Of a DNA stretch of 64,000 nucleotides, positions 20,735 to 30,399 are shown piece after piece; the first letter of the stretch is position 1; every line of letters starts with the position of its first letter. Made by a program: the position numbers and the translations under genes. Source of the stretch: Vicinamibacterales bacterium (GTDB taxonomy: Bacteria > Acidobacteriota > Vicinamibacteria > Vicinamibacterales > UBA2999); the NCBI GenBank assembly GCA_050250645.1, contig JBFWOG010000005.1, positions 22,942 to 86,941 of the forward strand, read 5' to 3'. A model generated the notes under the pieces. That model did not search any database. It saw only the letters and a program-made list of their open reading frames with translations, and was not told where the DNA came from.

Positions 20735-21742
20735 GTGGAACACCCGCGTGGCACGCGCGTGGCCGGAGGCGTCGTGCGCCTAGCGCCCCCCTCTTCCCGT
20801 CCTGTCACGCCCGACACGTCGTGGCGAATCGTCCTCGAGGCCAGCGCGGCCGCGGCCCGGCTCGATCGTGACGGACGTCCCGCGGCGTTCGGCCTCGGGA
20901 CGGGTCGCGCGCTCGTCGAGGTCGATGACGGCGCGGCCGGTGCGGTGATGGCGTGGGTGCCGGGCACGGGGTGGCAGTCGCGGCTGCCGGCTGGGGATCC
21001 GCGCGCCGAGTTCCTCGACCTCTACCTGCCACTCTGCAGCGCCACCGCGGCGCGGCCGCTGACGCTCGGACACCTCGGGCAGAGCCTCGACGGCTTCATC
21101 GCCACCGAGACGGGCGACTCGCAGTTCGTGACCGGCAGCGGCAACCTCCAGCACATGCACTGCCTTCGCGCCCTGTGCGATGCGGTGGTCGTCGGGGCGG
21201 GCACGGTCGCGGCCGACGACCCGCGCCTGACGACGCGGCTCGTCGAGGGGCCGAACCCGCTCCGGGTGGTGTTCGACCCGGCGCGCCGCGTCGGCCCGGC
21301 GGCGCGCGTCTTCACTGACGGCGCCGCGCCGACGCTCTATGCCTGCGAGCGGTCCCGCGTCGGGCCCGGCGAGACCCGCGTCGGCCACGCGGAGATCCTG
21401 CCGGTGGGCGAGGGCGACGATGCGGCCCGGGACCTGGTCGCGGCGCTCAGGGCCCGAGGGTGCGCCCGGGTGTTCGTGGAGGGCGGGGGGGTGACGGTCT
21501 CCACGTTCCTGGAGGCCGGCCTGCTCGACCGGCTGCAGATCGCCGTCGCGCCCGTCCTGATCGGCCGCGGCCGCCCGGCCGTGCGGCTGGCGCCCCGCGC
21601 CAGCCTGAGCGACTGCCGCCGCCCGGCCTACCGCGTCTTCCGCATGGGCGGCGACGTGCTGTTCGACTGCGACCTGCGGGCCCGGTCGTCGGCGGACGGC
21701 GACGCCCGCGACGGGGCGCCGACCGTGACGCGCGTCATCTAG
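20735..21742 (+). CDS. RibD C-terminal-domain (dihydrofolate-reductase-like) family protein with an N-terminal extension
   Basis: LGHLGQSLDGFIATETGDSQFVTGSGNLQHMHCLRALCDAVVVGAGTVAADDPRLT...VFVEGGGVTVSTFLEAGLLDRLQIAVAPVLIG. Start uncertain. Confidence 0.7.
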   Translation: MEHPRGTRVAGGVVRLAPPSSRPVTPDTSWRIVLEASAAAARLDRDGRPAAFGLGTGRALVEVDDGAAGAVMAWVPGTGWQSRLPAGDPRAEFLDLYLPLCSATAARPLTLGHLGQSLDGFIATETGDSQFVTGSGNLQHMHCLRALCDAVVVGAGTVAADDPRLTTRLVEGPNPLRVVFDPARRVGPAARVFTDGAAPTLYACERSRVGPGETRVGHAEILPVGEGDDAARDLVAALRARGCARVFVEGGGVTVSTFLEAGLLDRLQIAVAPVLIGRGRPAVRLAPRASLSDCRRPAYRVFRMGGDVLFDCDLRARSSADGDARDGAPTVTRVI

Positions 21743-21779
21743 GGCGACGTCCTCCCGGCGCCCGCCACCCCGGCCGCCT

Positions 21780-22769
21780 TCAGGCTCCCGCCCCCTCGCG
21801 GCGGAAGACCGCGAGGTCGTAGCCCACCCACCCGTTGGCGAGGCACTCCTGGAGCGCGGCGCCCCCGAGCAGGTGCCCGAAGCGCGTGCCGGCCAGCGGC
21901 AGCCGGCCGAACAGGGCGACGAGAGCCGACACCACCCGGTCGCGCGGCCGCCCGAGCTCGAGCCACGGCGTCAGGTCCGTCGTCGACTCGCGGGCGAAGC
22001 CCGCGTGGCGGGCCAGCGCGTCGAGCTGCTCCCGGTCGACGAGCGTGTTGACCCGCCAGCCCGCGGCGAAGCGTTCGACCGCCCGCGCGGCGCGCGCCGT
22101 GCCCGCCGGCCGGCGCATGTCGTCGCAGATGACCAGGAGTCCACCCGGGCGCACCACCCGGGCGCACTCGGCCAGCAACGCCGCCGGATCGGGCCCATGG
22201 ACGAAGGACTCGATCGCGTACGCCAGGTCGACGGCCCCGATCGACGGCGGCAGCGCCGTGAAGTCTCCCTCGAGACAGGTCACGCGCTCGTCGAGCCCCG
22301 CAGCGTGGATGCGCTCCCGCGCCAGGCGCGCCTGCACGGGACTGAGGGTGAGGCCAGAAACGAACAGGGTGCCAGGGGTGCACTTCCAGGTGCCAGGGGT
22401 GCCAGGGGTGCCAGGGGTGCCAGGGGTGTCAGGGGTGTCAAAGGTGCTCTGCGTAGCCGACGAACCTGTCGAACCTGACGAACCCGTCGAACCCGTCGAA
22501 CCCGACGAACCCGACGAACCCGCAAGATAGACCATGCTCGCGCCCACGCCGCATCCTAGGTCCAGCAGGTGGTGGGGGCCGGGGCCCAGGGTGGGGAGGA
22601 GCGCGAGTATCTGGTCCTCCACGAAGTGGAAGGCCCCGGCGCGCGAGGTGATGCCGGGGCCCCACACGGCGCGGTGGATGGCGCCGCCGCCCTGCCCGAA
22701 TTGGACGAAGCCCGCGGTGCTGCGATCGTAGAAGCGGCGGACGTCGTCGGGCGCGAATCGCGGCGGCAT
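21780..22769 (-). CDS. Class I SAM-dependent methyltransferase carrying a repeat-encoded insertion
   Basis: ORF 21780..23066 trimmed to ATG 22769 (MPPRFAPDDVRRFYDRS...). Motif I is LLDLGCGVGAS. A roughly 45-aa low-complexity insert follows (SSGSSGSTGSTGSSGSTGSS...TPDTPGTPGTPGTPGT). The fold then resumes at LFVSGLTLS and VRPGGLLVICD. Confidence 0.75.
   Translation of the reverse strand: MPPRFAPDDVRRFYDRSTAGFVQFGQGGGAIHRAVWGPGITSRAGAFHFVEDQILALLPTLGPGPHHLLDLGCGVGASMVYLAGSSGSSGSTGSTGSSGSTGSSATQSTFDTPDTPGTPGTPGTPGTWKCTPGTLFVSGLTLSPVQARLARERIHAAGLDERVTCLEGDFTALPPSIGAVDLAYAIESFVHGPDPAALLAECARVVRPGGLLVICDDMRRPAGTARAARAVERFAAGWRVNTLVDREQLDALARHAGFARESTTDLTPWLELGRPRDRVVSALVALFGRLPLAGTRFGHLLGGAALQECLANGWVGYDLAVFRREGAGA
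22368..22446 (+). repeat. Tandem nonamer array (about GGTGCCAGG, roughly 8 units) inside the methyltransferase CDS
   Basis: ggtgccagg ggtgcactt ccaggtgcc aggggtgcc ... gtgtcaggg gtgtcaaag. Encodes TPGTPGTPG on the gene strand. Confidence 0.9.
22459..22521 (+). repeat. Tandem nonamer array (GWCGAACCY x7) inside the methyltransferase CDS
   Basis: gacgaacct gtcgaacct gacgaaccc gtcgaaccc gtcgaaccc gacgaaccc gacgaaccc. Same unit as the arrays at 39523 and 51404. Confidence 0.95.
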
Positions 22770-22776
22770 GGCAGGG

Positions 22777-23652
22777 CTACCGTCCGGGGTGGAGGGCGGC
22801 GAGGTCCACGTGCCCGACCACGAGGCGGGAGCGGCCGGCGTCCACGTGCGCGAGGCGCCGCGCGCGCCAGTCCGCGATGGCGGCCGCGCGGTCCGGGGCG
22901 ACCTCGCTCGACGCGTCGGCCCAGCCCGTGATGAGCACGCGCTGCACGGCGGCGTCGGCCTCGCCCAGCCGCCAGTCGCTCGTCGCGGTGTGCACGGCGA
23001 AGCCCGCCGAGGCGAACGCCCGCTCCGCCGCCGATGCGGCCCCCGGCCCCGCCGCGCCGCCGCCAAGCCCCTTGTCGCGGGCCTGGTGCGCGTTGAAGAG
23101 CTCCCGCACCATCTCGTCCTCGGGCTCCGCCGGGAGGCACCCGGATCGCCCGTCGTAGGTGATCGTGAAGAGGGCGTGTGCCCCCGCGCGCCGGCACTGG
23201 TCCGCGAGCCGCTGGAGCCACGCGTCCGAGACGAGATCGAGCAGCGCCGAGGCGGTGACGAGGTCGCGGCCCTCGAAGATCGCGTCCGTGTCGAGCGTCC
23301 CGAGGTCCATCCGTCGCGTCGTCACGTCGCACGCCAGGCCGGCGCCGCGAATCGACAGGCCATCGTCGGCGGTCTCCACCTCGTGGCCCCGGCCGACGGC
23401 CCACACGGCGGTGCGGATCACCAGGTGGCGGAGCAAGGCGTCACTGTGGTCGACGACCAGCCACTGCTGGCGGGGCGGCAGGCGGTCCGCCAGGTGGCGC
23501 AGGTTCGAGCCGGCGCCGGTGGCGAGATCGAGCACGCGGACGGGCGCGCGGCCTGCCAGCGCGTCGAGCACCGGCGCCTCGACGGCGGCCTGCCGCGCCG
23601 CCGCGTCGGCGGCCTCCCGGATCCGGAGCCATTCGGCGAGCGAGTCATCCAT
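22777..23652 (-). CDS. Class I SAM-dependent methyltransferase
   Basis: ORF 22777..24015 trimmed to ATG 23652 (MDDSLAEWLRIREAAD...). Motif I is VLDLATGAGSN. Overlaps the stop of the upstream glycosyltransferase by 8 nt. Confidence 0.75.
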   Translation of the reverse strand: MDDSLAEWLRIREAADAAARQAAVEAPVLDALAGRAPVRVLDLATGAGSNLRHLADRLPPRQQWLVVDHSDALLRHLVIRTAVWAVGRGHEVETADDGLSIRGAGLACDVTTRRMDLGTLDTDAIFEGRDLVTASALLDLVSDAWLQRLADQCRRAGAHALFTITYDGRSGCLPAEPEDEMVRELFNAHQARDKGLGGGAAGPGAASAAERAFASAGFAVHTATSDWRLGEADAAVQRVLITGWADASSEVAPDRAAAIADWRARRLAHVDAGRSRLVVGHVDLAALHPGR

Positions 23653-24709
23653 GGTGTTCGAGCCGTTCCAGTGCGGCGCGCATGGCCCCCGCGGCATCCG
23701 CCCACGAGGGGAGCGTGGCGCCCCGCCGGCGGGCCGCCTGGGCCATCGTGCCCCGAAGGGCGGGTTGGGTGATCGCGCGCGCCAGGGCCCCGGCGAATGC
23801 CGCCTCGTCGCCCGGTGGGACGAGGAGGCCGGCGTCGGCGCCGACGAGCGCCTCGATGGCGCCGGTGCGCGTGCTGACGACCGGCAGGCCGTGCGCCAGC
23901 GCCTCGGCGACCGCCATGCCCCAGGTCTCGCGCAGCGTCGCCAGCGCGAAGAGGTCTGCCGCGGCGTATTCCGCGGCCAGGGCCTGCTCGTCGAGGTCCC
24001 CGGCGAAGCGGACACGGTCCCCGATGCCGAGGTCCGCCGCGAGGCGGGCGACCCGACCAGCCGTCGCCGGGTCGCGCGTGAGGCTGCCGGCGCAGGTCAG
24101 CGTCCATGCCCCGGGAGGCAGCGCGGCGAGCCCGCGAAGCAGGATGTCGTGGCCCTTGCCGCCGTTGAGCGTGGCGACCGACAACACGCCGACCGGCCCC
24201 GCGCCGGCCGGCCTCGGGACGGGCGGGCTGGCGGGGACGTCGGTGCCGGGTTCCACGACGGCGATGCGCCCGGCGGCCAGCTCGTACCCGGCGAGCAGCG
24301 CCGGCGTGCCGGGTCCGGTGACGACGACGAGGGCGGCGGCGTGGAGGGCCCGCGCCTCGGCGGCGGCGACCGCCGCGCGCTCGCCGGGCGGCACCGTCGG
24401 GTCGGCGCTCCTGGGCAGGTGCACCAGGGCGACGAGACGGAGCCGCGAGGCCTCGGCCTCCACGACGTCGGGCATCGCGCTCATGGCGAGGCCGTCGATG
24501 ATGACGATCGCGCCGTCGGGCAGGGCCGCCAGCACGGCGCGGGCGCCGGCCAGCGCCGCCGCGTCCGGCCGGGGGAACGCGCCGTCGATCTCGCTGATCG
24601 CGACCGTCCAGCCGAGCGCGGCGAGGCCGGCGGCGATGCGGCGGTCGTAGATGTAGCCGCCCGTCCGGGTGGTGATCCGGCCCGGGACGACGAGCCACGC
24701 GCGGGGCAT
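23645..24709 (-). CDS. Glycosyltransferase, GT4 / GT-B fold
   Basis: 354 aa. C-terminal GT-B signature FALATLRETWGMAVAEALAHGLPVVSTRTGAIEALV (EX7E-like). Confidence 0.85.
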   Translation of the reverse strand: MPRAWLVVPGRITTRTGGYIYDRRIAAGLAALGWTVAISEIDGAFPRPDAAALAGARAVLAALPDGAIVIIDGLAMSAMPDVVEAEASRLRLVALVHLPRSADPTVPPGERAAVAAAEARALHAAALVVVTGPGTPALLAGYELAAGRIAVVEPGTDVPASPPVPRPAGAGPVGVLSVATLNGGKGHDILLRGLAALPPGAWTLTCAGSLTRDPATAGRVARLAADLGIGDRVRFAGDLDEQALAAEYAAADLFALATLRETWGMAVAEALAHGLPVVSTRTGAIEALVGADAGLLVPPGDEAAFAGALARAITQPALRGTMAQAARRRGATLPSWADAAGAMRAALERLEHHG

Positions 24710-24711
24710 GG

Positions 24712-25119
24712 TCAGGCGCGTCCGACCCGTCCCTCGTACCCGGCCGAGGCGACGTGCGACTCGTGGAGGGTCACGCGAATCGTCTCGATGTCCCCCGCGC
24801 CGGGGCCGAGCTCGCCGTCCGCGATGGCCGCGTCCAGGGCGTCGAAGACGTGCCGCGCGATGAACTCCGTGGTGGTGTTGCGCCCGGCGAAGGCGGGCAC
24901 CTCGTCCAGGTTCCGGTAGTTGATCGCGCCCAGCACGCGGCGGAGGACGTCGGTCGCCCGGCCGATGTCCACGACGATGCCGTCGGCGTCGAGCTCGGCG
25001 CGGCGGAACTCCGCGTCCACCACGTAGGTCGCGCCGTGCAGCCGCTGCGCCGGCCCGAAGACGTCACCCTTGAAGCTGTGCGCGATCATCACGTGGTCGC
25101 GCACCGTCACGCTGTACAT
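24712..25119 (-). CDS. 6-pyruvoyl-tetrahydropterin synthase family protein (PTPS/QueD-like)
   Basis: 135 aa. DHVMIAHSF...[12 protein letters not shown]...NYRNLDE is the typical PTPS-fold layout. Confidence 0.8.
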   Translation of the reverse strand: MYSVTVRDHVMIAHSFKGDVFGPAQRLHGATYVVDAEFRRAELDADGIVVDIGRATDVLRRVLGAINYRNLDEVPAFAGRNTTTEFIARHVFDALDAAIADGELGPGAGDIETIRVTLHESHVASAGYEGRVGRA

Positions 25120-25153
25120 CCAGGCATCCTTCCGCGCGGCGTGGTCGCCGCGA

Positions 25154-26125
25154 TCAGTACGTAATCCGATGGCAGAGCACGCCCCGCGGGCTGTCCGCGA
25201 GGCGCGCCATGGTCGCCGGGAGATCGGCGAAGGCGGACTCGCCGGTGATGAGCACGTCGAGGACGGGGTCGGCCAGCAGCGCGAGCGCGAGCGCCATTCG
25301 CCGCCGCGTGTCCCAGCGGCTGCGCTGCGAGGCGGCCACCGCGCCGACCTGCGACGAGCGGATCGTGAGGCGCCGGGAGTGGAACGCCCCGCCGAGGGGC
25401 AGCGTGGCCGCGCGGTCGCCGAACCAGCTCAGTTCCACGACCGTCGCCTCCACCCCGGCCAGTTCCAGCGCGAGCGCCAGGCCGTCGCCGGACCCGCTCG
25501 CGTGGATGACCACGTCCCGGTCCCGCGCCGCGCGCGCGGGCGTGACGAAGCGCGCGCCCAGGGCGCGCGCGACCGGTTCGCGGCCGGGGTCGATGTCCGC
25601 GAGCTCCACGTCGCACCCGCCGATCCGCGCCGCCAGCCACGCGGCCAGGCACCCGACGGTGCCGCCCCCGATGACCGTGATGGTGTCGCCGACGTGCGGC
25701 CTGGCGTCCCACAGCCCGTTGAGGGCGGTCTCCAGGTTCGCCGCCAGCACGGCCCGGGCGGCGGGCACCTGGTCGGGCACGGGGTGCGCGGCGGAGGCGG
25801 GGACCACGTAGCGCGTCTGGTGCGGGTACAGGGTGAAGACGGTGCGGCCGACGAGCGCGGCGGGGCCCTGCTCGACCTCGCCGACGCTGGCATACCCGTA
25901 CTTGACCGGCGCGGGGAAGTCGCCCGCCTGGAACGGCGCGCGCATGCGCGCCCACTCGCTCGGCGGCACGTGGCCGCCGAAGACCAGCGACTCGGTGCCG
26001 CGGCTGACGCCGCTGAACCGCGCGCGCACGACAAGGTCGCCGTCGGCCGCGGGCGGCAGCGTCTCGTCGCGTATCTCTCCGCGTCCTGGCGCCGCGACCC
26101 AGAACGCCCTGGCGGCGTGTGGCAT
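25154..26125 (-). CDS. Zinc-type alcohol dehydrogenase-like (MDR superfamily) protein
   Basis: ORF 25154..26374 trimmed to ATG 26125 ([21 protein letters not shown]...). Has FSGVSRGTE and the Rossmann motif [15 protein letters not shown]. Confidence 0.8.
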   Translation of the reverse strand: MPHAARAFWVAAPGRGEIRDETLPPAADGDLVVRARFSGVSRGTESLVFGGHVPPSEWARMRAPFQAGDFPAPVKYGYASVGEVEQGPAALVGRTVFTLYPHQTRYVVPASAAHPVPDQVPAARAVLAANLETALNGLWDARPHVGDTITVIGGGTVGCLAAWLAARIGGCDVELADIDPGREPVARALGARFVTPARAARDRDVVIHASGSGDGLALALELAGVEATVVELSWFGDRAATLPLGGAFHSRRLTIRSSQVGAVAASQRSRWDTRRRMALALALLADPVLDVLITGESAFADLPATMARLADSPRGVLCHRITY

Positions 26126-26213
26126 GTCCGTTCGTGTCGGCCCGCGCTGGCGGGCCCGCCCCATTCTGTGTCGGGTACCGGGCTGGTTACAATGGCGCGT
26201 CCCCGGCCTCCGC

Positions 26214-26951
26214 ATGGAAGCAGCCCCGCGCCGCCCCCTCGGCTCCACGCCCGTCGCCGGCTTCCTCGCGGCGGCCGTCGCGTCGGGAGCCCTCCTGGTC
26301 GCGCTGGCGGCTGCCATCGGTCCGCTCGTGGGCGCGTCGGCGGCCCTCCCGCTGGCCGGCGGTGCCGTGTTCACCGCCGCCCTGGTCGTCGCGGCGCCGG
26401 GGTTGCGGCGTCACCATCCGTTCGGGCGCCTTGGGGCGGCCAACGCCGTCACCCTGGTCCGCCTTGCGCTGGTGGCGCTGCTCGCCGCCCTCGCCGGAGA
26501 GCCGGCCGGCGCCGCGGCCGCGTGGGTGGTCGTCGCTGTCACGGTCGTCCTGGCGGGCCTCGACGGCCTCGACGGGTGGCTCGCGCGGCGATCGGGCCTC
26601 GCAAGCGCCTTCGGCGCGCGGCTCGACATGGAGACCGACGCGTTCCTGGTCCTCGTGTTGTCGGTCCTCGCCTGGCACCACGGCAAGGCCGGGCCATGGG
26701 TGCTCGGCTGCGGCCTGATGCGCTACGCGTTCGTGGCCGCCGGATGGGGGCTGGCGTGGATGCGCGGTCCGCTCCGCCCGACCCTCCGGGGACGGACCGT
26801 CGCCGTGACGCAGTTCATCGGCCTGGCGATCGCCATCGCGCCGGTCGTGCCGCGCCCGTGGAGCGCCGCCGTCGCGGCGGTCACGCTCGCCGTCCTCGCG
26901 TGGTCATTCGGGCTGGACGTCGGGCGCCTGTGGCGCCAGCGCGCCGGCTGA
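26214..26951 (+). CDS. CDP-alcohol phosphatidyltransferase family protein
   Basis: ORF 25833..26951 trimmed to ATG 26214. Signature [29 protein letters not shown] (DGx2ARx8Gx3Dx3D). Its 3-prime end overlaps the convergent gene by 48 nt. Confidence 0.85.
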   Translation: MEAAPRRPLGSTPVAGFLAAAVASGALLVALAAAIGPLVGASAALPLAGGAVFTAALVVAAPGLRRHHPFGRLGAANAVTLVRLALVALLAALAGEPAGAAAAWVVVAVTVVLAGLDGLDGWLARRSGLASAFGARLDMETDAFLVLVLSVLAWHHGKAGPWVLGCGLMRYAFVAAGWGLAWMRGPLRPTLRGRTVAVTQFIGLAIAIAPVVPRPWSAAVAAVTLAVLAWSFGLDVGRLWRQRAG

Positions 26952-28586
26952 TGTCGCGCGCTTCCGGTGATCGGTGGCCGCGGTCGGGCCGCCGAACGCG
27001 TCGAGCAGCACCGGGACCAGCGTGTGCATCCGCCCGATTGCCGGCCGCGCGGGCACCAGGCCCGGCCGGAACCCGTGCCCGGCCAGCCGCGCGAGCACGT
27101 CCTGGCGGCTCGTGATGACGTGCACCGGCACGTCATGCGGCGCCCCCGGGCCGCTGACGGCGGCGGGCGGCTGGTGGTCCCCGATGACGATCATCACCAG
27201 GTCGTCGCCGGCGTGCTCGCGGATGTACCCCGCAAGGGCCGTGTACTCGTACGCCATCGCGTGCGTGTAGCTCGGGCGCAGGTTCGTCAGATCGGGCTTG
27301 TCCGCCAGCACCCGCGCCACCTCCGCGGGGTCGAAGGGGTTGTCGAGCACCGTGGACCAGTCGGGAAGGTACGGCGCGACGGGACCGAAGGGCGCGTGGG
27401 TCGTGCTCGTCGGGAAGACCACGAAGAGCGGGGCGCGCGCCGGGCGGTCGAACTCGAGCTGGTCGATCTTCGCGAGGGCGTACTGGTCGGGGATGCTCCA
27501 CCAGCCGAACTGCGGGCCCGTATAAGCGAGCAGGTCGCGGCCGTAGATCTGGTCGAAGCCGTAGAATGCGCCCTCGGGCCAGGCCTGGCGCATGCCCGGC
27601 ATGAGCGCGACCGTCCGGTAGCCCTGCCGCGAGAACTCCGTGACGAGTGTGTCGCGGCTCGACGCCATGAGCGAGGTGTAGGCGTACTGGTCGCGCACCT
27701 CGACGCCCGAGATCAGGCTCAGGTGGGCGAGCCAGGACGAGCCGCCGAAGGTCGGCGACTCCACGTAGGCCGTGAGCGCCGTGCGGCCGGCGGCCGCGAC
27801 GGCGTCGGCCAGCGCCGCCCGGCTCTCGCGGAGGCCGTCGGCCACCTCGGGTGTCTCGTACGTGATCGCGCCGTACGACTCGACGAAGACCAGCATCACG
27901 TCGGCGCCGTCGAGGCGGCCGAGCGGCACGTCGAGCGCCGGGCTGGCCCCGAGGACCGGGGCGACGGGGCCGCCGCCGAAGGTGGCGAGCACGTAGCGCG
28001 CCTGGCGCGCGTACGCCGGCGTCACCGGGTCCGCGAACGCATCGTCGCGCGGTGCGAGGCCCTCGGCGCGCTGGACGCCGAAGAGCGCGATGACCAGCGC
28101 GGCCACCGCCGCCAGCGCGAGTCGGGGACGGCGGGATGTCATGGCCGAGGCCAGCCACCCGAACGCCAGCCGCGCCAGGAGGAACGCCGCGCCAATGGCC
28201 GCCACGGCGCCGACGACCACCGCGGCGATGAGCCACGCCGGCGCGGCACGGGCGAGCATCGCGGTCACGTTGCCCAGGTGCTGCGAGTCCCAGTAGAGGT
28301 TGAACTCACGCCCGTAGAGGCCCGGTGCCGTGACGTCCAGGTAGTGCCCGAAGACCAGGACCACCCAGACCGCCGGCAGCACGCGGCGCGCCAGCGCGCC
28401 GGCCCACCGGTGCGCCACCGCGAGCAGGAGGACGACGATGGCCAGTTCCACCGAGAAGGCGGCGGCCCAGGTGATCTTGGGGGTGGGCCAGACGTTGGCG
28501 AAGGTCAGCGAGGCGTTCAGCAGGACGAGCGCCGCGGCCGCGGCCGGCCAGGTGACCCAGGGGGACGGGGACGTGTCGGTCTTCAC
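26904..28586 (-). CDS. Membrane-anchored sulfatase-like (alkaline-phosphatase superfamily, LTA-synthase/phosphotransferase-like) enzyme
   Basis: 560 aa. Polytopic N-terminal third, then a soluble domain with MLVFVESYG, PTFGGSSW and VIGDHQPP motifs. Confidence 0.6.
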   Translation of the reverse strand: MKTDTSPSPWVTWPAAAAALVLLNASLTFANVWPTPKITWAAAFSVELAIVVLLLAVAHRWAGALARRVLPAVWVVLVFGHYLDVTAPGLYGREFNLYWDSQHLGNVTAMLARAAPAWLIAAVVVGAVAAIGAAFLLARLAFGWLASAMTSRRPRLALAAVAALVIALFGVQRAEGLAPRDDAFADPVTPAYARQARYVLATFGGGPVAPVLGASPALDVPLGRLDGADVMLVFVESYGAITYETPEVADGLRESRAALADAVAAAGRTALTAYVESPTFGGSSWLAHLSLISGVEVRDQYAYTSLMASSRDTLVTEFSRQGYRTVALMPGMRQAWPEGAFYGFDQIYGRDLLAYTGPQFGWWSIPDQYALAKIDQLEFDRPARAPLFVVFPTSTTHAPFGPVAPYLPDWSTVLDNPFDPAEVARVLADKPDLTNLRPSYTHAMAYEYTALAGYIREHAGDDLVMIVIGDHQPPAAVSGPGAPHDVPVHVITSRQDVLARLAGHGFRPGLVPARPAIGRMHTLVPVLLDAFGGPTAATDHRKRATSAGALAPQAPDVQPE

Positions 28587-28611
28587 GATTCGGTAGGGCC
28601 TTGCCGCCCGG

Positions 28612-29262
28612 CTACACCGAGGACAGGAGGTGGCCGAGCTTGTCCTTCTTCGTCTTCAGGTAGCGGCGGGTGCCGTCGGTCGCCGCGATCTCGAGCGGCA
28701 GGCGCTCGGTGACCGTCAGGCCCTCGCCCGTGACGGCGGCGAGCTTGCGCGGGTTGTTGCTGAGCAGCCGCACCGACCGCACGCCGAGGTGCCGCAGCAT
28801 CTGCATGGCCGCCCGGTAGTCGCGCAGGTCGGCGGGGAAGCCGAGCCGCTCGTTGGCCTCGACCGTGTCGCATCCCTCGTCCTGCAGCGCGTACGCGCGG
28901 ATCTTGTTCGCGAGGCCGATCCCGCGGCCTTCCTGGTTGAGGTAGAGCAGGACGCCGCGCCCCTCGTCGGCGATGCGCTGCAGGGCCGCCTGGAGTTGGG
29001 TGCCGCAGTCACAGCGGCCCGAGTGGAAGATGTCGCCCGTGAGGCACGAGGAGTGCACGCGCGTGAGCACGCCTTCACCGTCCCCGATCGCGCCGCGGAC
29101 CAGGGCCACGTGCGTCTGGCCGTCCAGGCGGTTCTCGTAGACGTGGATGTCGAACACGCCGTAGTCGGTCGGCAGGGTCGAGGAGGCCACGCGCGTGACG
29201 GCCGGGCGGCGAAGGACGGTGTTCAGGAGCGACGAGGCGTGCGTGCGGACCCACAGGAGCAT
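28612..29262 (-). CDS. ribA: GTP cyclohydrolase II
   Basis: [23 protein letters not shown] (three Zn Cys), [31 protein letters not shown], and LLSNNPRK. Start set at ATG 29262 (MLLWV). The ORF could extend to 29325. Confidence 0.9.
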   Translation of the reverse strand: MLLWVRTHASSLLNTVLRRPAVTRVASSTLPTDYGVFDIHVYENRLDGQTHVALVRGAIGDGEGVLTRVHSSCLTGDIFHSGRCDCGTQLQAALQRIADEGRGVLLYLNQEGRGIGLANKIRAYALQDEGCDTVEANERLGFPADLRDYRAAMQMLRHLGVRSVRLLSNNPRKLAAVTGEGLTVTERLPLEIAATDGTRRYLKTKKDKLGHLLSSV

Positions 29263-29359
29263 GGAAGACACCAGACGGGCTTTACCGTAACATCCCATCG
29301 TAGAAGGGGATAGGAACGGTGTCAAACGGGCGTCGCGCGCCGGGCCGCCGCCGCGCGTC

Positions 29360-30394
29360 GTGGCGGGCCCTGGCGCCGCTCGCGGGAGGCCCCGCGACTA
29401 CGGGGTAAAATGCGGCGTGCCTGAACCGTTGCGCCTGGCTTTCCTGGGCTGTGGCTTCATCACCGAGGTGCACAGCCGGCACCTCCGGAAGCTCGGCGGC
29501 CAGTTCCGGCCGAGCTATGCCAGCCGCGACGAGCACAAGGCGGCGCAGTTCGCCCGGCGGCTGGGCGGCGAGGCCCACTACGGCAGCTACGACGCGGCCC
29601 TGGCCGATCCCCGCGTCAACGCGGTCACGATTGCCGTGCCCCCGCGCTTCCACCTCGACCTGACGCTGCGTGCCCTGGAGGCGGGCAAGCACGTGCTGGT
29701 CGAGAAGCCCGCATACCTTCGCATGGCGGACTACCGGACCGTGGCCGAGGCGCGCGACCGCGCCGGGCGCGTCATTGTCGTCGGCGAGAACGACCACTAC
29801 AAACCCCTGGCCGTCTGCCTCCGGCGCCTCGTCGCCGAGGGGGTGATCGGCGAGATGGTCTTCGCCCACTTCACGACGATTGCCCGGCGGCTCAAGACGG
29901 CCGACGACTGGCGCAACGACGAGACCATGGCCGGGGGCGACGCGTTCTTCGAGGAGGGCATCCACTGGCTGCACGTCGCCGGGAGCCTCGGCCCGCGGAT
30001 CACCGGAATCCACGGGTATCGCCCGGCGCCGTCGCTCGCCGGCCCCGACCGGCGCGTCAAGAGCATGATGGTGGCCTTCCGCTACGACAACGGCGCCGTG
30101 GGCGCGCTGTACTACTCGCGCGAGATCCCGTCGCTCTTCCGGGGGCTGCGGCTCTCGAAGCTCTTCGGCCGCGACGGCATCATCAGCTTCGAGTCCAACG
30201 GCGCGTTCGTCATCGTGCGCGGCCGCCGCGGGCCGCGCGTCATCGTCCCGGGCCTGCGGGACATCCGCGGCTACCAGGCGATGTACCGGGACTTCGCGCA
30301 GGCGATCCGGGGCGGGACGCCGCCCGAGATGGGCCTCGAGCGGGCGATCGCGGACCAGGCGCTGATGGACCAGATCTACGCGAGCGCCGGCTGA
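29360..30394 (+). CDS. Gfo/Idh/MocA family oxidoreductase
   Basis: [15 protein letters not shown]...[13 protein letters not shown]...GKHVLVEKP. The true start may be GTG 29417. Confidence 0.85.
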   Translation: MAGPGAARGRPRDYGVKCGVPEPLRLAFLGCGFITEVHSRHLRKLGGQFRPSYASRDEHKAAQFARRLGGEAHYGSYDAALADPRVNAVTIAVPPRFHLDLTLRALEAGKHVLVEKPAYLRMADYRTVAEARDRAGRVIVVGENDHYKPLAVCLRRLVAEGVIGEMVFAHFTTIARRLKTADDWRNDETMAGGDAFFEEGIHWLHVAGSLGPRITGIHGYRPAPSLAGPDRRVKSMMVAFRYDNGAVGALYYSREIPSLFRGLRLSKLFGRDGIISFESNGAFVIVRGRRGPRVIVPGLRDIRGYQAMYRDFAQAIRGGTPPEMGLERAIADQALMDQIYASAG

Positions 30395-30399
30395 GCGCG

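Noticed and set aside
28612-29262. GTP cyclohydrolase II as a neofunctionalised (formamidopyrimidine-producing) paralog
   Set aside because: The Tyr of the KIRAY motif (Tyr105 in E. coli RibA) is retained here (KIRAYALQ). Replacement of this Tyr by Met marks the divergent Streptomyces paralog. The enzyme therefore looks canonical and could simply be the housekeeping ribA.
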